From Chloroflexota bacterium (GTDB lineage Bacteria > Chloroflexota > Dehalococcoidia > UBA2979), in the NCBI GenBank assembly GCA_002718395.1, contig PBEG01000004.1:1-46928 (forward strand): a stretch of 46,928 nt of DNA, read 5' to 3'. Of the stretch, positions 34,554 through 46,928 are shown in pieces. Position 1 is the first letter of the stretch, and every line of letters begins with the position of its first letter. The position numbers and the translations under genes were made by a program. Below the pieces are notes generated by a model. The model saw only the letters and a program-made list of their open reading frames with translations. It ran no database searches and had not been told where the DNA came from.

Positions 34554-36794
34554 GTGAACAAAATTAAAAATTATGAATTAATGTTAGGTGATAAGAAATT
34601 AGTTATTGAAAAAGGGAGACTAGCACAACAAGCTAATGGTACATGTTTGGTTCGCCTTGAGGATACAGTTGTTCTTGTAACTGCAACTGATGGTGAATCT
34701 AGACCGGGTACGGACTTTTTCCCACTAACTGTTGATTTTGAAGAAAGAATGTATTCAATAGGAAAAATCCCAGGATCTTTTTTTAAACGAGAAGGTCGTC
34801 CAACAACAGACGCAATACTTGCCTCTAGAATGACAGATAGGCCAATTAGACCTATGTTCCCTAAGGGTTATACCAGAGATGTACAGCTTGTTTGTACGGT
34901 TATGTCTTCTGACAGGGAGAACCCAGCAGATGTTTTAGGAACTATTGGGTCTTCGATTGCGCTTGGATTATCTTCTTTGCCATTTGAAGGTCCTGTGTCT
35001 TCAGTGCGCGTAGGAAGAGTTGAAGGAGAGCTGGTTGCTTTCCCAACATATGATGAAATAGAAAAATCAGATATTGATTTAATTGTTTCTGGAAACAAGG
35101 ATTCCATATTAATGATAGAAGCAGGGGCAAATGAGATTTCAGAAGAAGCCATGATCGAAGCAATAGAATTTGCTACAGACATTATCGCTGCTCTTAATAG
35201 TTTTCAAGAAGAAATTTTTAATGATTCGGAAATTACTAAAGATGAGTTTGTGCCCAGTGAGCCGGATCAGGCTTTAGTATCAGTCATTAAAGAGATGCTT
35301 AATAGCGATGATATAGACATGACCTCAATCTTAAACCAAGAGGGATTTAGTGGAATTAATGAGTTGTGTGGCAAAATACATGGTGAGCTCATAACAAATG
35401 AAGATTATTCAGATATTGAATTTAGTCAAGTTAAATCTATAGTTGAAAAAGAATTAAAATCACAAATTCGATCAAAAATTTTGAGTGGCACCAGAGTAGA
35501 CGGAAGAACTGCTGAAGAAATAAGAGATTTAGATGCGGATGTTAGCATTCTTCCAAGGGTCCATGGGACAGGGCTGTTTAGTCGAGGAGCAACACAAGTA
35601 TTGTCTATAGCAACCCTTGGTAATATAGCTGAAAAACAACGACTAGATAATATTTCTCCAGGAGAATATAAAAGATATATGCATCATTATAATTTTCCTG
35701 CTTTTTCAGTAGGTGAAGCAGGATTTATGAGAGGGCCAGGAAGACGAGAAATTGGTCACGGCATGTTAGCAGAGAAGGCTCTTTTACCTGTATTGCCATC
35801 TGAAGAAGATTTTCCTTATGCAATAAGAGTTGTTTCTGATGTTTTGTCTTCAAACGGGTCAACATCTCAAGCTTCGGTTTGTGGCTCTTCTTTAGCATTA
35901 ATGGATGCAGGTGTTCCAATTTCTTCTCCTGTGGCAGGAATAGCAATGGGTCTTATAACAGATGATTCATCAGAAAAATATGTAATATTAACTGATATTG
36001 CAGGTTTAGAAGATGCATTTGGTGATATGGATTTTAAAGTCGCAGGTACAAAAACTGGTATTACTGCGGTACAGCTTGATATCAAATTAAAAAAATTACC
36101 GGATAATTTTTTGAATGATGTTTTTAGCAAAGCAAAACAAGCAAGAGAAAAAATTCTATCAGTGATGAATAAATCAATACAAGCTCCAAGAGATGGGGTA
36201 TCTGAATTTGCTCCAACTATTGAAAAAATTACTATAGATAAAGATAAAATTGGTGCAGTAATTGGGCAAGGTGGAAAAGTTATCCGTGGCATTGAAGAAG
36301 AGTTTGAATGTACGGTTAATATAGAAGACGAAGGCATTATTCATATATCAGGATTAAAAGACAATGCAGCTAAGGCTAAGGATTTTATATTAGTTTTGGT
36401 TACTGATCCTGAAGTCGGTAATGAATATGAAGGAGAAGTTGTAAGAGTAACTGATTTTGGAGCCTTTGTTAATGTTTTGCCTGGTAAAGATGGACTAGTG
36501 CACATTTCTGCTTTAGACAATGATAGAGTTGAAAAGGTAACTGATGTTGTTAATGAAGGAGATATGCTACAAGTCAAGATCATTGAAGTAGATAAAATGG
36601 GCAGGATCAATTTGACACGAATTATTGATGGTGTTCCCGTTGAATCAAACAGAGAAAAAAAATCAAACTCTGGTTTTAAGAATAATAAAGATGGAAACAA
36701 ATTTAGACAAAAAAGATCAAAAAATTTCAGAAAAAATAATCAAAAGGAAACGTCTAATAATGATTCTGAAGAAGGTGAAGAAAGAAGCTGGTAA
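34554..36794 (+). CDS. pnp: Polyribonucleotide nucleotidyltransferase (PNPase) with a K/N-rich C-terminal tail
   Basis: Two RNase PH domains (FGDMDFKVAGT), a KH domain (IGAVIGQGGKVIRGI) and an S1 domain (GEVVRVTDFGAFV). GTG start with GGAAGGAA upstream. Confidence 0.96.
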   Translation: MNKIKNYELMLGDKKLVIEKGRLAQQANGTCLVRLEDTVVLVTATDGESRPGTDFFPLTVDFEERMYSIGKIPGSFFKREGRPTTDAILASRMTDRPIRPMFPKGYTRDVQLVCTVMSSDRENPADVLGTIGSSIALGLSSLPFEGPVSSVRVGRVEGELVAFPTYDEIEKSDIDLIVSGNKDSILMIEAGANEISEEAMIEAIEFATDIIAALNSFQEEIFNDSEITKDEFVPSEPDQALVSVIKEMLNSDDIDMTSILNQEGFSGINELCGKIHGELITNEDYSDIEFSQVKSIVEKELKSQIRSKILSGTRVDGRTAEEIRDLDADVSILPRVHGTGLFSRGATQVLSIATLGNIAEKQRLDNISPGEYKRYMHHYNFPAFSVGEAGFMRGPGRREIGHGMLAEKALLPVLPSEEDFPYAIRVVSDVLSSNGSTSQASVCGSSLALMDAGVPISSPVAGIAMGLITDDSSEKYVILTDIAGLEDAFGDMDFKVAGTKTGITAVQLDIKLKKLPDNFLNDVFSKAKQAREKILSVMNKSIQAPRDGVSEFAPTIEKITIDKDKIGAVIGQGGKVIRGIEEEFECTVNIEDEGIIHISGLKDNAAKAKDFILVLVTDPEVGNEYEGEVVRVTDFGAFVNVLPGKDGLVHISALDNDRVEKVTDVVNEGDMLQVKIIEVDKMGRINLTRIIDGVPVESNREKKSNSGFKNNKDGNKFRQKRSKNFRKNNQKETSNNDSEEGEERSW

Positions 36795-36839
36795 TCGTAT
36801 ACTTGTTTCTATAACAGTTTAGTGATGGAGTAATTTTTT

Positions 36840-37625
36840 TTGAAAGCAGTTGTAGTTTCTGGCTTAGGCAATATGGGCAAAGAGCTCATAAAAACTCTTG
36901 AAAATCATAATGATTTTAAAGTAGCCGGTATAATTGAACCATTAAAAACAAGTGATTATTTTTCAACAGAAAATAGTCAGTATCAAGTTTTTAAAAAACC
37001 CGAAGATGCTCTAAATAAAATAAAAGTCGACATTGTTGTTGATTTTACTAATTCTGAGTTTACTGAAATATTAGCACCAATTGTTTTAAGGGCAGGGATA
37101 AACTTAGTTGTTGGGACGTCTAATCTTTCTGAAAATACACTAAAAACGATACAAGATGAGACAGAAAAAAACGAAGTTGGTTGTGTTGTAGCGCCAAATT
37201 TTGCTTTAGGTGCCGTATTAATGATGTATTTTAGTAAAAAAGCTGCACCATTTTATAATACGGCAGAGATAATTGAAAAACACCATGATCAAAAAGTCGA
37301 CTCTCCTTCTGGTACTGCAATGGAGACAGCAAAGAAAATTTCTGATGCCTCTAAAGAAAAGTATCAGTCTAATGTTTCCGAACAAGAAAAATTAAAGAAT
37401 GCCAGAGGAGCAACCTTTAACGGAATTAATATTCATTCAATAAGGCTGCCAGGAGTGGTTGCTAATCAAGAAGTGATTTTTAGTGCAGAGCAGGAACTTT
37501 TACTTATTGAGCACCAAACCACAGGTAGGAAGTCGTTTATGCCTGGAGTAATTTTAGCACTAGAATATGTTAATAATAATAATGGTTATATTGTTGGCTT
37601 AGAAAAAGTTATAGGTATTGAATAA
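36840..37625 (+). CDS. dapB: 4-hydroxy-tetrahydrodipicolinate reductase
   Basis: GLGNMGKEL, IIEKHHDQKVDSPSGTA. TTG start with GGAG 9 nt upstream. Confidence 0.9.
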   Translation: MKAVVVSGLGNMGKELIKTLENHNDFKVAGIIEPLKTSDYFSTENSQYQVFKKPEDALNKIKVDIVVDFTNSEFTEILAPIVLRAGINLVVGTSNLSENTLKTIQDETEKNEVGCVVAPNFALGAVLMMYFSKKAAPFYNTAEIIEKHHDQKVDSPSGTAMETAKKISDASKEKYQSNVSEQEKLKNARGATFNGINIHSIRLPGVVANQEVIFSAEQELLLIEHQTTGRKSFMPGVILALEYVNNNNGYIVGLEKVIGIE

Positions 37626-37640
37626 TTATAGGACTTTAAA

Positions 37641-38654
37641 ATGTATAACATTGCTATAGTTGGTGTCACTGGCGCTGTTGGTGTTAAAATGTTAGAAGTT
37701 TTAAATACACGTAATTTTCCAATTAAAGAACTGCGAATATTCGCATCAGAAAAATCAAAAGGAAAAAAAATAAGTTTTAGAAATGAAGAGTATGTTGTAG
37801 ATATAATTCAAGAAGACTCATTTAACAATACACATTTTGTTTTTTGCTCTGCTGATTCTTCAATATCAAAGAAAATAGGTCCACTAGTTAGAAAAGCAAA
37901 TTCTATTTTAATTGATGATGGCAATGCATTTAGGATGGAGGAAAATGTACCCTTAGTTGTTCCTGAAGTTAATGAAGAAGACGTAGATTGGCATCAAGGA
38001 ATTGTTTCAATACCAAATTGCACTACAACGCCTCTAGTTATGATTCTCCACGCATTGAATAAGTATGCACAAATTCAAAGGGTAAATGTTTCTACTTATC
38101 AAGCTGTATCAGGTGCAGGCGCACAAGCAGTTCAAGAGTTATTGGAACAAACAGAACAACTTGTACAACATAAACAAATCACCCCTTCTATTTTTTCTGA
38201 ACAAATTATAATGAATGTTATTCCCCAAGTAGATGATTTTGAAAGCAACGGTTATACGAAAGAAGAAATGAAGATTGTTAATGAAACTAGAAAAATTTTA
38301 CACTTAGATAATTTGTCTGTAAGTGCCACCTGTACTAGGGTGCCAACGATGGTAGGTCATTGTGAATCAGTTTTAGTTGACTTTGATCAAGAAGTTGATA
38401 TAGAAGAGGTTATTAAAATTATTTCAAAGCAAGAAGGAGTTGTCTGTCGAGATTTTGACAATATTAATAATTATCCAACACCTTTAAATTCTACATTGGA
38501 TGAAAATGTATATATTGGTAGGATTAGAAAAGATTTATCGAACAAAAATAGCATTTTGTTTTGGTTGGTTTCAGACAATCTCTTAAAGGGAGCAGCGACA
38601 AATGCTGTACAAATTGCTGAATCAATTATTAAGCGAAATAAGTTAGATTATTAG
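37641..38654 (+). CDS. asd: Aspartate-semialdehyde dehydrogenase
   Basis: IAIVGVTGAVG, active-site IPNCTTTP, STYQAVSGAG, DNLLKGAA. Confidence 0.93.
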   Translation: MYNIAIVGVTGAVGVKMLEVLNTRNFPIKELRIFASEKSKGKKISFRNEEYVVDIIQEDSFNNTHFVFCSADSSISKKIGPLVRKANSILIDDGNAFRMEENVPLVVPEVNEEDVDWHQGIVSIPNCTTTPLVMILHALNKYAQIQRVNVSTYQAVSGAGAQAVQELLEQTEQLVQHKQITPSIFSEQIIMNVIPQVDDFESNGYTKEEMKIVNETRKILHLDNLSVSATCTRVPTMVGHCESVLVDFDQEVDIEEVIKIISKQEGVVCRDFDNINNYPTPLNSTLDENVYIGRIRKDLSNKNSILFWLVSDNLLKGAATNAVQIAESIIKRNKLDY

Positions 38655-38661
38655 GTTAAAA

Positions 38662-39558
38662 ATGAAAAATAAAGCTAGATTAATTACAGCAATGGTTACA
38701 CCCATGACAGCTTCTGGAGAAGTAGATCTAGGTGCATGTGCAGAATTGGCAAGGATACTAGTAAACAATGGTTCAGATGGTATTGTTGTAACAGGAACCA
38801 CCGGTGAATCACCAACACTATCAAACGAAGAAAAAGCATCAATATGGGGCTCAGTAAAAGCTGCAGTAGGGGATGATATATTTGTCATTGCCGGCGCAAC
38901 AAACTATTCGACACAAGAATCAATAGCTGGAGCTGATGCAGCATTAAACTCTGGTGCAGACGCTTTATTATTAACAGTGCCTTACTATAACAAACCTAAC
39001 CAGGAAGGCTTGTTTGAACATTTTAAGACTATTGCTGAAGCAACTCCTCTACCTTGTGTTTTATATAATGTTCCATCTAGGACAAGTTTAAATATGAGCG
39101 CAGAAACAACAATTAAATTATCGCAGTTAGATAATATTATTGGAATTAAAGAAGCATCATCAGATATGGATCAAATTGCGAAAATCATTAATTCGACTGA
39201 CGCAGATTTTTTAGTTTGGTCAGGCAACGATGCTGATATTATTTCAGTTATGGCTATGGGGGGAGATGGTGTTGTCTCGGTTGCGTCTCATATAGTTGGC
39301 AATGAATTAAAATCGATAATTAATTTTATTGTTAAAGGGGATATAAATTCTGCTAATAATTTAAATAGCCAATTGTTAGATCTTTACGATGTTTTATTTC
39401 TTGAAAGTAATCCAATGCCTATTAAATGGGCGTTAAACCATCTTGGCTTTGATGCAGGAAAACCAAGGTTGCCTCTAATTGAGCCCAATCAAAATACCAG
39501 GAAAAAACTTGTGAATGAAATAAATAAATTATCGAATAATTATTATTCTGAAAATTAG
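38662..39558 (+). CDS. dapA: 4-hydroxy-tetrahydrodipicolinate synthase
   Basis: ITAMVTPM, VVTGTTGESPTLS, YYNKP, YNVPSRT, GIKEAS. Confidence 0.93.
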   Translation: MKNKARLITAMVTPMTASGEVDLGACAELARILVNNGSDGIVVTGTTGESPTLSNEEKASIWGSVKAAVGDDIFVIAGATNYSTQESIAGADAALNSGADALLLTVPYYNKPNQEGLFEHFKTIAEATPLPCVLYNVPSRTSLNMSAETTIKLSQLDNIIGIKEASSDMDQIAKIINSTDADFLVWSGNDADIISVMAMGGDGVVSVASHIVGNELKSIINFIVKGDINSANNLNSQLLDLYDVLFLESNPMPIKWALNHLGFDAGKPRLPLIEPNQNTRKKLVNEINKLSNNYYSEN

Positions 39559-40049
39559 TTATTATTATCTTTCCATTCAGACCAACGCAGCTCTAATCTA
39601 GATCTACCCTTCTTATAGCCAAGTTGATCACCAATAATTCCACCAAAAATATTGGCGAATAATCTTCCGGTTATTAATAGGTATGCGAATAAAATTATTG
39701 TTCCTAATATTTCATTTGCAAACAAAAAAGTAGTATTGAAAATTATCAAAAAACCTGTAAACAAGCTTAAAAAAATGCCCAAAAAAGCAAATGAAATTAC
39801 GTAAGTTCTTTCTATTTTCCTAACCTCTCTTAAAATAGCAAAAATTTCGTCCGGTACACTTTTAACTGTGTTATTTTTAGTAATATTTTTTTTACAAATT
39901 TCACACTTTTTATTTTTGTTACTTGCTAACTCTACTGGATTAAAACAGAATTTACAAAAATTACCCGCATTGGGCCTTAATCCATTACCAACTTCAACCA
40001 TGTGTAGTTCAAGTTTCTCACTAAATAATGGACATTTTTCTACTGACAT
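39555..40049 (-). CDS. Hypothetical membrane protein: N-terminal zinc-ribbon-like module (CKFC...CEIC) plus hydrophobic helices
   Basis: NFCKFCFNP...KCEICKK, then VISFAFLGIFLSLFTGFLIIF and GTIILFAYLLITGRLFANIFGGIIG. The ATG immediately follows the purA TAA with a 0-nt spacer. Confidence 0.55.
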   Translation of the reverse strand: MSVEKCPLFSEKLELHMVEVGNGLRPNAGNFCKFCFNPVELASNKNKKCEICKKNITKNNTVKSVPDEIFAILREVRKIERTYVISFAFLGIFLSLFTGFLIIFNTTFLFANEILGTIILFAYLLITGRLFANIFGGIIGDQLGYKKGRSRLELRWSEWKDNNN

Positions 40050-41357
<1,308 letters not shown>

Positions 41358-41439
41358 TTATTACTCCAAAGTTTTTAGATAAAATATATAATTATATTAT
41401 TAGTCTTTTCGCAAACCTTATATAATTTACTGTTTTCAA

Positions 41440-43907
<2,468 letters not shown>

Positions 43908-44023
43908 CTATTTGATAAAGATAACTAAAATACGTATATATTGTATCATTATAATGTTGTCTGCTCAAACAAATTAATTTTTCTATTAAAGAACAATCAA
44001 TTAAGTATAGGAGGTCTTTAATC

Positions 44024-44470
44024 ATGGAGATAAAAAATTTCAGCTATAATTTAAATTCAATTGGGCAAATTGTTAATTCTGTTAAGAAGATTCAAGATAT
44101 GCCAACAGCAGGAGTCAGCAGTAAAATAGAAATTCATACAAATCTAAACGATGGCCTTATTGGTCTAGAAGGCTATTCTCATATAATTGTACTAGGATTT
44201 TTACATAAAATGCCAAAACAAAATTTAAATGAATTAAAAATTTTTCCAAGCGGAGACAATGAATTGCCAAAACAGGGGATCTTTGCATTAAGAGGCCAAA
44301 GAACGAATCCTATTTCATTTAATGTTTGTAAAATAAATAAAATAGCTGGTGAATTTATTGAAGTAGAGAAAATTGATTTGGTATCTGGAACACCTGTATT
44401 GGATTTAAAACCATATTTACCATATTATGATACTCCTAATAATGCAACAATACCAAACTGGGCCCAATAA
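44024..44470 (+). CDS. trmO: TsaA/YaeB-family tRNA methyltransferase (TrmO-like)
   Basis: IGQIVNS, GLEGYSHIIVLGFLH, GIFALRGQRTNPI, GTPVLDLKPYLPYYD. Confidence 0.75.
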   Translation: MEIKNFSYNLNSIGQIVNSVKKIQDMPTAGVSSKIEIHTNLNDGLIGLEGYSHIIVLGFLHKMPKQNLNELKIFPSGDNELPKQGIFALRGQRTNPISFNVCKINKIAGEFIEVEKIDLVSGTPVLDLKPYLPYYDTPNNATIPNWAQ

Positions 44471-44483
44471 GGAAGATTTATAT

Positions 44484-45587
44484 ATGGGATTTAAATGCGG
44501 CATAATAGGTTTACCAAATATAGGAAAGTCAACAATATTTAATGCATTGACTCAATCAAAAAATGCACTAGCTGCAAATTATCCATTTGCAACAATAGAA
44601 CCTAATGTTGGACGTGTAGCAGTTCCTGATCATCGATTAAATGATTTGGCTTCTTTAAACGAATCTTTGTCTGTTATACCTACTTATATGGAATTCGTTG
44701 ATATTGCTGGTTTAGTAAAAGGAGCAAATGAAGGAGAAGGGCTTGGTAATAAATTTTTAGGACATATTAGAGAAGTTGATGCGATCGCACATGTTTTAAG
44801 ATGTTTTGAAGACGAAAATATTACACATGTTAATGCTAGGTTGAATCCTGTTGATGATTTAAAAGTGATAGAATCTGAACTTCTTTTATCTGATTTAGAT
44901 ATATTACTTAAACAGCAAGAATTGTATACAAAAAAAATTAAATCTACAGATAAAGAGCTTAAAATTAAATTAGAAATTATTAATCAACTTTTGACTCAAA
45001 TTGATGCTAATCAAGAAATCAACCTAGATGAGATAGATTCCAATTTTATATATTTCGTGGATGAATTAAATTTACTTTCTTTAAAGCCTACTTTTTATAT
45101 TTGTAATGTTGATGAAAATAGCGTTGTTAATGGTAATCAATTTACTAATGATTTAATTAATATTCTTGATAATCAAAAATCAAGAGAAGTGATATTAGTA
45201 TCAGCTAGTATAGAATCAGAAATTTCAAACATTGAGTCTAAAAAGGAACAAAATGAATTCTTAGATGCATTAGGATTAAAAGATACCTCCTTGGACCAAG
45301 TAATTAAAACTGGATATAATTTGTTAGGCTTGTTAACTTTTTTCACAGCAGGTAAAAAAGAAACACGCGCATGGACAATAAAACAAAATACTAATGCTTC
45401 TCAAGCTGCAGGTAAAATACATACAGATTTTGAAAAAGGTTTTATAAGAGCAGAAACAATTTCATATAATGATTATATTGAATTTGGTGGGGAACAGTAT
45501 GCAAAAAATGCAGGGAAAATGCGCCAGGAGGGCAGAGATTATATAGTGCAAGAAGGTGATATTTTTCATTTTTTATTTAATAATTAA
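44484..45587 (+). CDS. ychF: Ribosome-binding ATPase YchF
   Basis: MGFKCGIIGLPNIGKSTIFNALT, FVDIAGLVKGA, a C-terminal TGS-like region (RAWTIKQNTNASQAAGKIHTDFEKGFIRAE). ATG 44484 has AAGGAAG upstream. Confidence 0.93.
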   Translation: MGFKCGIIGLPNIGKSTIFNALTQSKNALAANYPFATIEPNVGRVAVPDHRLNDLASLNESLSVIPTYMEFVDIAGLVKGANEGEGLGNKFLGHIREVDAIAHVLRCFEDENITHVNARLNPVDDLKVIESELLLSDLDILLKQQELYTKKIKSTDKELKIKLEIINQLLTQIDANQEINLDEIDSNFIYFVDELNLLSLKPTFYICNVDENSVVNGNQFTNDLINILDNQKSREVILVSASIESEISNIESKKEQNEFLDALGLKDTSLDQVIKTGYNLLGLLTFFTAGKKETRAWTIKQNTNASQAAGKIHTDFEKGFIRAETISYNDYIEFGGEQYAKNAGKMRQEGRDYIVQEGDIFHFLFNN

Positions 45588-45599
45588 GGAGGGTTATTT

Positions 45600-46442
45600 T
45601 TGAAATTAGATAAAATTTACAACCAAGTTAAATCTTCTTTAGAGGCAGAACTAGCTGTATCTGTTGTTACCTTAATGAACCCGGAAAACAATAGCAATAA
45701 TGTTAAATTAATAATAGATAGTAATAGAAAAATTTCTGGGAATATTGATGTCTCTGATAAAATTATAAATGTTTTAACTGAAAATGTGTATAAAAAAATG
45801 ACTACACATGCGTTCTCAACCATTTTTATTCTAGCAATAGATAAAAAAACACTTACTATTAATGAATACCGAAATAAAAACTTGGCTAAAGATTTAGAAG
45901 ATGATAAAAATACGTTCTTTTTAGTCGAATTATTTTATCCAAAATTGAAATTAATTATTGTTGGAGGAGGTCATGTTGGCTTGGCCTTGGCTCAATTAGC
46001 AGATATTTTGGGTTTTGAGATTATTGTTATTGATGATCGTAAGGATTATGCAAATAATGAGCGGTTTCCAATGGCCCAAAAAATATATAGTGATAAAATT
46101 TCTAATTCATTAAATAACATAACGATAGATCATCTGTCATATGTAGTTTTGGTTTCACGAGGGCATAAATTAGACGAAGAAGCCCTGGAACTTGTCATTG
46201 AGGAGAATCCTAGTTATATCGGAATGATTGGAAGTAAAAGAAGAACAAAAATTGTTTTGGATAATTTATTAGCTAAAGGAATTAGTGCTGAAAATTTAGA
46301 AAAAGTTTATACTCCCGTAGGATTAAATTTAGGCGGGCAAAGTCCAGGAGAGATAGGTTTGTCAATTTTAGCAGAAATTGTTCAGCTTATTCATCAGGGA
46401 GACGGCACTTCCCTGAAAAACTCGCGAAGGGTTAGAGAATAA
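45600..46442 (+). CDS. XdhC/CoxI-family accessory protein (Rossmann domain)
   Basis: LIIVGGGHVGLALAQLADILGFEIIVIDDR...SRGHKLDEEAL...YIGMIGSKRR. TTG start with AAGGAGGG upstream. Confidence 0.8.
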   Translation: MKLDKIYNQVKSSLEAELAVSVVTLMNPENNSNNVKLIIDSNRKISGNIDVSDKIINVLTENVYKKMTTHAFSTIFILAIDKKTLTINEYRNKNLAKDLEDDKNTFFLVELFYPKLKLIIVGGGHVGLALAQLADILGFEIIVIDDRKDYANNERFPMAQKIYSDKISNSLNNITIDHLSYVVLVSRGHKLDEEALELVIEENPSYIGMIGSKRRTKIVLDNLLAKGISAENLEKVYTPVGLNLGGQSPGEIGLSILAEIVQLIHQGDGTSLKNSRRVRE

Positions 46443-46487
46443 GTTAAATTATTTATTTTTTTGTGATTCTTTTGAATTAATTCGTGT

Positions 46488-46826
46488 ATGATCTTAATTA
46501 TGAAAATAAATACTGATAACAATTTTATTGATGAAATGTTGAGTTGTTTTTATAATAATGAATCAGCTGTAGTTGCAACTATTGTTCATACTAGAGGTTC
46601 AACTCCTAGAAAAGAAGGTGCCAAAATGTTGATTAGAAAAGACGGTTCTTTTTCTGGTACTATAGGTGGGGGATGTGGAGAATCTGAAGTTTGGCAGAAA
46701 GCAATGGAAGTATTTGAATTAGGAGAAACAACTTTTTTATCTGTTGATTTAACTGAACCAGTAGATGGCGTTGATAAAGTCTGCGGTGGCGTGATGGACA
46801 TCATGTTAGAAAGACTAGATCCTTAA
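46488..46826 (+). CDS. XdhC/CoxI N-terminal-domain-only protein
   Basis: AVVATIVHTRGSTPRKEGAKMLIRKDGSFSGTIGGGCGE. The start is 46488 or 46500. Confidence 0.75.
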   Translation: MILIMKINTDNNFIDEMLSCFYNNESAVVATIVHTRGSTPRKEGAKMLIRKDGSFSGTIGGGCGESEVWQKAMEVFELGETTFLSVDLTEPVDGVDKVCGGVMDIMLERLDP

Positions 46827-46860
46827 TAAAATATTAGTTTATGAGTGAAAGGTGATTTAA

Positions 46861-46928
46861 ATGATTGGAAGTTTGGGATGGCAAGAGCTATTAATTATTC
46901 TTGTTATATTAGCATTGCTTTTTGGTGC
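46861..46928 (+). CDS. tatA: Twin-arginine translocase subunit TatA/E, 5' end (window-truncated)
   Basis: MIGSLGWQELLIILVILALLFG matches the TatA N-terminal TM helix pattern. AAAGGTGA lies upstream. Confidence 0.75.
   Translation, partial: MIGSLGWQELLIILVILALLFG

Overview
AT-rich (about one-third G+C by eye), very tightly packed bacterial chromosomal segment with about 48 protein genes, nearly all housekeeping. In order: rplJ (3' end)-rplL; a small envelope cluster (Cys-rich/LysM protein, small membrane protein, cvpA); pheA; pdxS-pdxT; a Ycf45/SpoIIIAA-like ATPase; tmk-thrB-lysC; dnaE; the hrcA-grpE-dnaK-dnaJ-rsmE operon with a perfect CIRCE operator; fabH; rho; pyrG; dnaA-obg-nadD; coaX-coaBC; pepA; rpsO-pnp-dapB-asd-dapA; purA; gyrB; trmO-ychF; two XdhC-type genes; tatA (5' end). 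I saw no tRNA/rRNA, CRISPR array, transposase, integrase or phage genes, and no multi-gene accessory system (defence, secondary metabolism, mobile), and I say so rather than invent one. The most interesting structure is non-coding. dnaA is flanked by the two longest spacers in the window. The upstream spacer has two perfect, inverted DnaA boxes plus AT-rich tracts. The downstream dnaA-obg spacer has a (TAG)5 DnaA-trio-like array, a G cluster, tandem DnaA-box-like 9-mers and an AT-rich tract, in the order and polarity I recall for the Bacillus subtilis unwinding module. Together they look like a bipartite oriC in a non-canonical gene context, with no rpmH, dnaN or recF nearby. The rest of the dnaA-obg spacer is a strongly strand-skewed (GT on +, CA on the transcribed strand) low-complexity tract with trinucleotide microsatellites. 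The second most interesting item is an Obg homologue that keeps the Obg fold, P-loop and C-terminal OCT domain but has degenerate G3/G4/switch II motifs. Other items: start-codon corrections for hrcA and grpE, no terminator space at any of the seven convergent gene junctions, two zinc-finger/zinc-ribbon membrane proteins of unknown function, an orphan acidic protein, and degenerate MBL-fold and methyltransferase-fold proteins. All protein calls come from motif and synteny recognition by eye; no searches or computations beyond hand counting were run.
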